The position numbers and the translations under genes were made by a program. The notes beneath the pieces were generated by a model that had not been told where the DNA came from, did not search any database, and saw only the letters and a list, made by a program, of their open reading frames with translations. From an uncultured Actinomycetota bacterium (lineage in GTDB: Bacteria > Actinomycetota > Humimicrobiia > Humimicrobiales > Humimicrobiaceae), in assembly GCA_964616545.1 (NCBI GenBank), contig CAZTUA010000041.1, forward strand, positions 3,577-67,576: a stretch of 64,000 bases of DNA, in the 5' to 3' direction. Below are positions 59,919 through 64,000 of this stretch, piece by piece. Numbering within the stretch: position 1 is the stretch's first letter; every line of letters begins with the position of its first letter.

Positions 59919-61067
59919 TTAACTTTTATTTTTTCTTCCGGGCTCTGATATAATTTTTATCAGCCTCTGTATGCTTCTGGCTACCGAAGAACGCGGTGCG
60001 TCCAGAATCACCGGGACTCCCTTATTAACTGATATGGGTACTATTCTGTCGCTCGGAATTGCAACATCTATTTTTCTCTGAATGGTTTCTTCAATCTCTT
60101 CCAGAGTTATACCAACCTTGCTGTCCGCACGGTTAAGAATTACATATATGTTTTCTTCTGGGAAATTCACTTTCTTTAATATCTGCAGGGAGATTTTTAA
60201 GTTTTTTATACTCGGTGCATCCTTGCTGGTAATAATGCACAGATAATCCGTTTCCCTGAAAATATTTAATATATCATCGGAAAAATATGATGATGTATCC
60301 ACCACAGTATAGTCGCTCAACTTTGACAGATTTTCCAGGATTTTTATGGTGATGTCACTGTTTATCCCGGTGCTCTCTGAAATATCCAGAGGAGCGGGAA
60401 GTACCATTAGGCCAGTGCTGTGAGTGGTAAGAAAACCATCCAGTACCTTGGGGTCAAGCTGCTCGATTACCGGCAGGATATCATAAACAGAGTATTTTGG
60501 GTCAAGGTTTAACATCAGGGCTATATCACCAAATTGATAATTGGTATCAAAAAGAGTAACCCTTTTCTTTATATGGTTTATAAGGCCCACTGCAAGATTA
60601 ACGGCAAGAAAAGATTTTCCCACTCCGCCCTTGGTACCAAAAATAGTTATTCTTTTAGGTGCTGTTCCTTTATCCCGGGCATCTGTTACAAGATTCATTT
60701 TGGCCCTTTCAATGGTTTCTTTTATATCACTGTAGCTAAATGGGATTTCCAGGACATCATGCACATTAAGTTTTATGGCTTTTTTCAAAAGTCCTGCAGA
60801 CATTTCCCTTACCAGAAGGATTATCCTTGCAAAATAGAGGCTTGACTGGTAAGTTTTTAAAAGATCCTCAATATCTTCCAGCCCGTACGTGGGACCAACC
60901 CATATCAGGCATGGCTTTCTATCATTTAGCAATATCTCCAGGTCATTAAGATCCGTACCTGTTCTTATAACATCCAGTTCGGGAAATTTTTCCAGCAGGT
61001 ATTTTACCTTGTCTGTATTGTTTACCTGCTTATCAATTATAGCTATTGGTATTCTGACCATATCCAT
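59919..61067 (-). CDS. cpaE: TadZ/CpaE: N-terminal receiver-like domain plus MinD/ParA-type ATPase
   Basis: Intact deviant Walker A GTKGGVGKS, in contrast with cluster 1. 382 aa. Confidence 0.75.
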   Translation of the reverse strand: MDMVRIPIAIIDKQVNNTDKVKYLLEKFPELDVIRTGTDLNDLEILLNDRKPCLIWVGPTYGLEDIEDLLKTYQSSLYFARIILLVREMSAGLLKKAIKLNVHDVLEIPFSYSDIKETIERAKMNLVTDARDKGTAPKRITIFGTKGGVGKSFLAVNLAVGLINHIKKRVTLFDTNYQFGDIALMLNLDPKYSVYDILPVIEQLDPKVLDGFLTTHSTGLMVLPAPLDISESTGINSDITIKILENLSKLSDYTVVDTSSYFSDDILNIFRETDYLCIITSKDAPSIKNLKISLQILKKVNFPEENIYVILNRADSKVGITLEEIEETIQRKIDVAIPSDRIVPISVNKGVPVILDAPRSSVARSIQRLIKIISEPGRKNKS

Positions 61068-61099
61068 TTTTTTATTACTTTTTTCTCTATCTTTTATTA

Positions 61100-61966
61100 T
61101 TAGTTAAAAATATTGTCAAGTGTCGCGCCGGGTGTTTCTTCCTCTTCAATTCCATCAACAGGAACAAGAGCAAGCCAGACGCTTCCCATTTCCTCACTGA
61201 ATACAAGCTTCTCTGAATCTTCCGGAGTTACGGCTACCGTTATTACCTTTACTTCGGCTGACCCTGTATCACTCCCGGTTTGAGTTCCCAGAAAGCCGCT
61301 TTCTTGCGTTGCTCCCCCTGTCTGCACCCTGGTTCCAATATATAAAACTTCTACGTTCCACAGAAGGGTCCTTGTTATTTCCCTATCAATTTTTATTCCT
61401 TCATCAGACGCACCTGGAACAGTTTTCTCTACAACCGGCACTTCGCCTTCTGCCTCTGCTCCTTCCAATTGGGCTGCCGGGGCAGCTGCAGAATCTTCTC
61501 CTGCATCCCCGGGGAAGAATGTCACTATGACATTGACCCTGTCGCCGACATCTATAAGTTTTGAAACCCCTACAATTTCGTTAACCGGTATGGATACGGC
61601 TAACATTCCATCCGGTATGATGAATACCAGCCCCATATCCTCGGGCCTGGCAAATTTGGTTGTGGTAATCTGCTCGCCTTTGTTAATATGGTTTGCCGCT
61701 ACATATCCCCTGTAATCTTCCAGGGATGTTAAAACCCCTTCCGCAAGATATTTTCTCGGTACACCCGAGGTTGTCACCATGTTACGCTCAATCAGAGTTT
61801 CTACAGGTGTTTTTCCAGGTATGTTCTGTGCTGCCACCAGTACCTCAACTTTTTCAATCTCTTCTTCTACCGACGCTCTTACACTATTAACATAAGCAAT
61901 TACTCCGAATACCGCAGCTGCTCCCAGTATTAGTGCTAAAATAAGTAATACAATTTTTAATTTCAT
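61100..61966 (-). CDS. cpaB: Flp pilus assembly protein CpaB/RcpC-like (SAF domain), cluster 2
   Basis: N-terminal TM anchor, SAF-like region, and an acidic/Gly-rich C-terminal half. Confidence 0.6.
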   Translation of the reverse strand: MKLKIVLLILALILGAAAVFGVIAYVNSVRASVEEEIEKVEVLVAAQNIPGKTPVETLIERNMVTTSGVPRKYLAEGVLTSLEDYRGYVAANHINKGEQITTTKFARPEDMGLVFIIPDGMLAVSIPVNEIVGVSKLIDVGDRVNVIVTFFPGDAGEDSAAAPAAQLEGAEAEGEVPVVEKTVPGASDEGIKIDREITRTLLWNVEVLYIGTRVQTGGATQESGFLGTQTGSDTGSAEVKVITVAVTPEDSEKLVFSEEMGSVWLALVPVDGIEEEETPGATLDNIFN

Positions 61967-62022
61967 ATTGTTTCCTTAACATTTTATTATATAAATATTA
62001 TAAAACATTTTTAATGTTTTTT

Positions 62023-63114
62023 CTATCTAATTAGTCTAATAACTCTTAAACCCACTTCTCCAGCAGGGCCGATCTCTTCGCTCTCATTAATTATAAGAGC
62101 CTGATGGATAAATCTTCCGATAACCTGTGCATTTGAACCATGGCCATGTCCATGTCCGTGTCCGTGTCCCGGTCCCGATTCATCTATTTCTGTGATAATA
62201 AAAGGAGCAAACGCAACTATATCTACCCATACTTCAGGCCAGTCCTCTGGATGTTCTTCCCACCACTCCTGCAATTCAGTATCGTAAATCAGAGGTACTA
62301 TCACAAACTGGTCATCATTTTCAGCAAGTTTTATTATACCCCCATCACCATACCGTATTAACTCATTAAAACCATCCCAGGTATCTATTCTTTCATTCAC
62401 TGCATTTATTGTCTGCGCTATATTAATATCACGGGTATAAATAGAATCCCCTGCTTCCAGAGGCTCCTGATAACCATCAATAATCCTGTTTCTATACCTC
62501 TGGTTCCACTGACCGGGATGGCTGGTTGTATCCCAGGCAATAAAATCTGTATCTTCCAGTTCTCCGCTTATCACCATCTCTTCACCCGCCACGCTGCCCA
62601 GCCAGTTCTCCCAGTCTTCTCCTTCAGGTATAACTGCTGCCCAGGGGACCAGACCATATACCTGAATTGGCTTACCTGCCATAGCTTTTGCTCCTGCGCT
62701 AATACTGGCCTTATCCTTCCCGAATATTTTTGCAAAATATAATGGGGCTTCCCTATTGGATAGCGTCACCGTTATAGTATCATTTGGAGATAAAGTTGAG
62801 CTGATTTCTACTTCTTCTGATGTGTAATCCCTGCAGTTATAAGAAATATCCACATTGTTTCTCTGTGCATAATCAACTGCCGCAGCAACGGCATATTCCC
62901 GGCTTTCGGGAAGTTCCTGAGCGCCTGCAAGAGCAGCAGAGTCAGCAACAGTCTGGTAAAAACCTCTTTTCTGGTACAGGGAACCTGCGTCCACAGTAAG
63001 AGCAGTTATTCCCAGCAGGCATGTAAGAAACAGGACAGTTGCTACTACTATCTGCCCTTTCTGCGGGAGGAGTTTTTTAAAAATGATTTTTTTATAATTT
63101 TTATAACCGGTCAT
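62023..63114 (-). CDS. tadG: TadG-like pilus-associated protein with a C-terminal (His-Gly)n repeat
   Basis: N-terminus …GQIVVATVLFLTCLLGITALTVDAGSLYQKR…ADSAALAGA (Tad_N/TadG-like). It contains …GPGHGHGHGHGHGSN…. 363 aa. Confidence 0.6.
   Translation of the reverse strand: MTGYKNYKKIIFKKLLPQKGQIVVATVLFLTCLLGITALTVDAGSLYQKRGFYQTVADSAALAGAQELPESREYAVAAAVDYAQRNNVDISYNCRDYTSEEVEISSTLSPNDTITVTLSNREAPLYFAKIFGKDKASISAGAKAMAGKPIQVYGLVPWAAVIPEGEDWENWLGSVAGEEMVISGELEDTDFIAWDTTSHPGQWNQRYRNRIIDGYQEPLEAGDSIYTRDINIAQTINAVNERIDTWDGFNELIRYGDGGIIKLAENDDQFVIVPLIYDTELQEWWEEHPEDWPEVWVDIVAFAPFIITEIDESGPGHGHGHGHGHGSNAQVIGRFIHQALIINESEEIGPAGEVGLRVIRLIR
62140..62175 (-). repeat. Imperfect hexanucleotide (CATGKC)n tract encoding (His-Gly)5 within the tadG-like gene
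   Basis: atggccatgtccatgtccgtgtccgtgtcccggtcc. Confidence 0.6.
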
Positions 63115-63233
63115 TTTCTTATTAAAAATTTTATATCAGAAACTGTCCTATTATAACTTATGGTTTCGTCATCCTGTACTAAATATGCGCTGCGTAATTC
63201 TTTAAACCTTAAAATAAAAAGCATGCAGCCAGC

Positions 63234-63635
63234 TTACTGCTCTCTTCTCATTGCTGCACTGGCAGTTAGCTCAACCGGTCCCCATCTTCCTGCCATTGGT
63301 ATATCTATAAAAAAGATTTCTCCTTTTAATGTTACTTCAACCGGGCTGCCTATCCTTGTACCTTCCGGACTTTCAACATCTATTGTTTCGATTTCAACTG
63401 CGGGAGAGCTGTTTCTTACCCTCTGCTCGAAATCGGCAGGGTCTTCCTCGTAGAGTCCCACCGCCGCAAGCCTTGCCCCTTCCCTTGCCGCATGGGTAAG
63501 CGAGACATATTTGCTAAAAGCAAGCCCGAACTGAAAGATGGCAAATAAAAGCATAATAAGTATCGGGAAAACGAGTACGAATTCTACCGCACTTGCACCT
63601 TTATCGCTCTGGAATTTTTTTCTGTAGCTTTTCAT
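63234..63635 (-). CDS. tadE: TadE-like pilus assembly protein, cluster 2
   Basis: The N-terminal KGASAVEFVLVFPILIMLLFAIFQFG motif. Confidence 0.65.
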   Translation of the reverse strand: MKSYRKKFQSDKGASAVEFVLVFPILIMLLFAIFQFGLAFSKYVSLTHAAREGARLAAVGLYEEDPADFEQRVRNSSPAVEIETIDVESPEGTRIGSPVEVTLKGEIFFIDIPMAGRWGPVELTASAAMRREQ

Positions 63636-63813
63636 TTTAATATGTAAAAATTAAATACTTAAAAACATTTATAGTATCATAAATTAATTATACCCAATAA
63701 TTTAACTTATTGGGTATAATTAATTTTTATTTTCAGATTCCACCGATTTTTAAACCACTGGAACCTGCTCTCAACTGTAAGACGCCTTTAGATTACTTTA
63801 ATAATTTTCAGAC

Positions 63814-63996
63814 CTATACGTTTACTGCATTAACTGCTGCTGTTACCTCATCAATTTTGGCACTAATTGCTACTCCCAGTGCACCTAGAGCTACTACCAC
63901 TGCAAGTACCACCAGTGCGATTATTAGAGCGTACTCAACTGCAGCTGCACCCTTACTGTTCTTAAGTCCTATGTACCATCCTAATAGCTTCTTCAT
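63814..63996 (-). CDS. flp: Flp/Fap-family type IVb prepilin, cluster 2
   Basis: …SKG|AAAVEYALIIALVVLAVVVALGALGV carries the G/xxxxEY Flp motif. 60 aa precursor. Confidence 0.65.
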   Translation of the reverse strand: MKKLLGWYIGLKNSKGAAAVEYALIIALVVLAVVVALGALGVAISAKIDEVTAAVNAVNV

Positions 63997-64000
63997 TTTT

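Noticed and set aside
1-64000. CRISPR arrays, integrases/transposases, prophage genes, reverse transcriptases
   Set aside because: Visual scanning of intergenic regions found no regularly spaced direct repeats. None of the ORF translations resemble recombinases, transposases, Cas proteins or RTs.

Overview
Low-GC bacterial chromosomal segment, by eye roughly one third G+C, densely packed with genes, mostly on the minus strand. Genes use ATG, GTG and TTG starts, and TAG is used as an ordinary stop.

Contents in order:
(i) A disaccharide-utilisation locus at 1-9083. It holds a beta-phosphoglucomutase::GH65 phosphorylase fusion that runs off the window start, a uridine-kinase/PRK-family kinase, a sugar ABC transporter (binding lipoprotein plus two permeases), a LacI repressor and a divergently transcribed GH1 beta-glucosidase.
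(ii) Housekeeping and miscellaneous genes at 9.3-34.4 kb: a CrtQ-like GT2, an IDH/IPMDH-family dehydrogenase, DgkA, an XRE regulator with a membrane protein, a flavin-reductase-like protein, a B12-binding radical SAM protein, GalT, Lon, a pur operon (purB, fused large purL, purF-M-N-H), an LCP protein, Rex and a SAM methyltransferase.
(iii) Tad/Flp pilus cluster 1 at 34.8-42.3 kb: flp, two TadE-like pseudopilins, a tail-less SSB paralogue, an embedded CAP-domain secreted protein, tadC, tadB, cpaF, a degenerate tadZ and cpaB.
(iv) A small-gene patch at 42.6-52.4 kb: TPR, DUF192, an orphan EncFtn-like ferritin, lipoproteins, two GNATs, three VOC proteins, a CPBP protease, DUF3795, a D-2-hydroxyacid dehydrogenase, tRNA-Pro(CGG) and a family-4 UDG with a Cys-rich C-terminal extension.
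(v) A HAD hydrolase, dus and coaX.
(vi) A second, paralogous Tad/Flp cluster at 55.4-64.0 kb: tadC, a vWA::tadB fusion interrupted by an in-frame TAG, cpaF, a receiver-domain tadZ, cpaB, a tadG-like gene with an (HG)n repeat, tadE and flp.

No CRISPR array, integrase, transposase or rRNA was found.

The most notable observations are the duplicated Tad pilus systems, neither with a secretin or prepilin peptidase gene; the SSB paralogue embedded in one of them; the interrupted vWA-TadB platform gene; and several unusual fusions or extensions.
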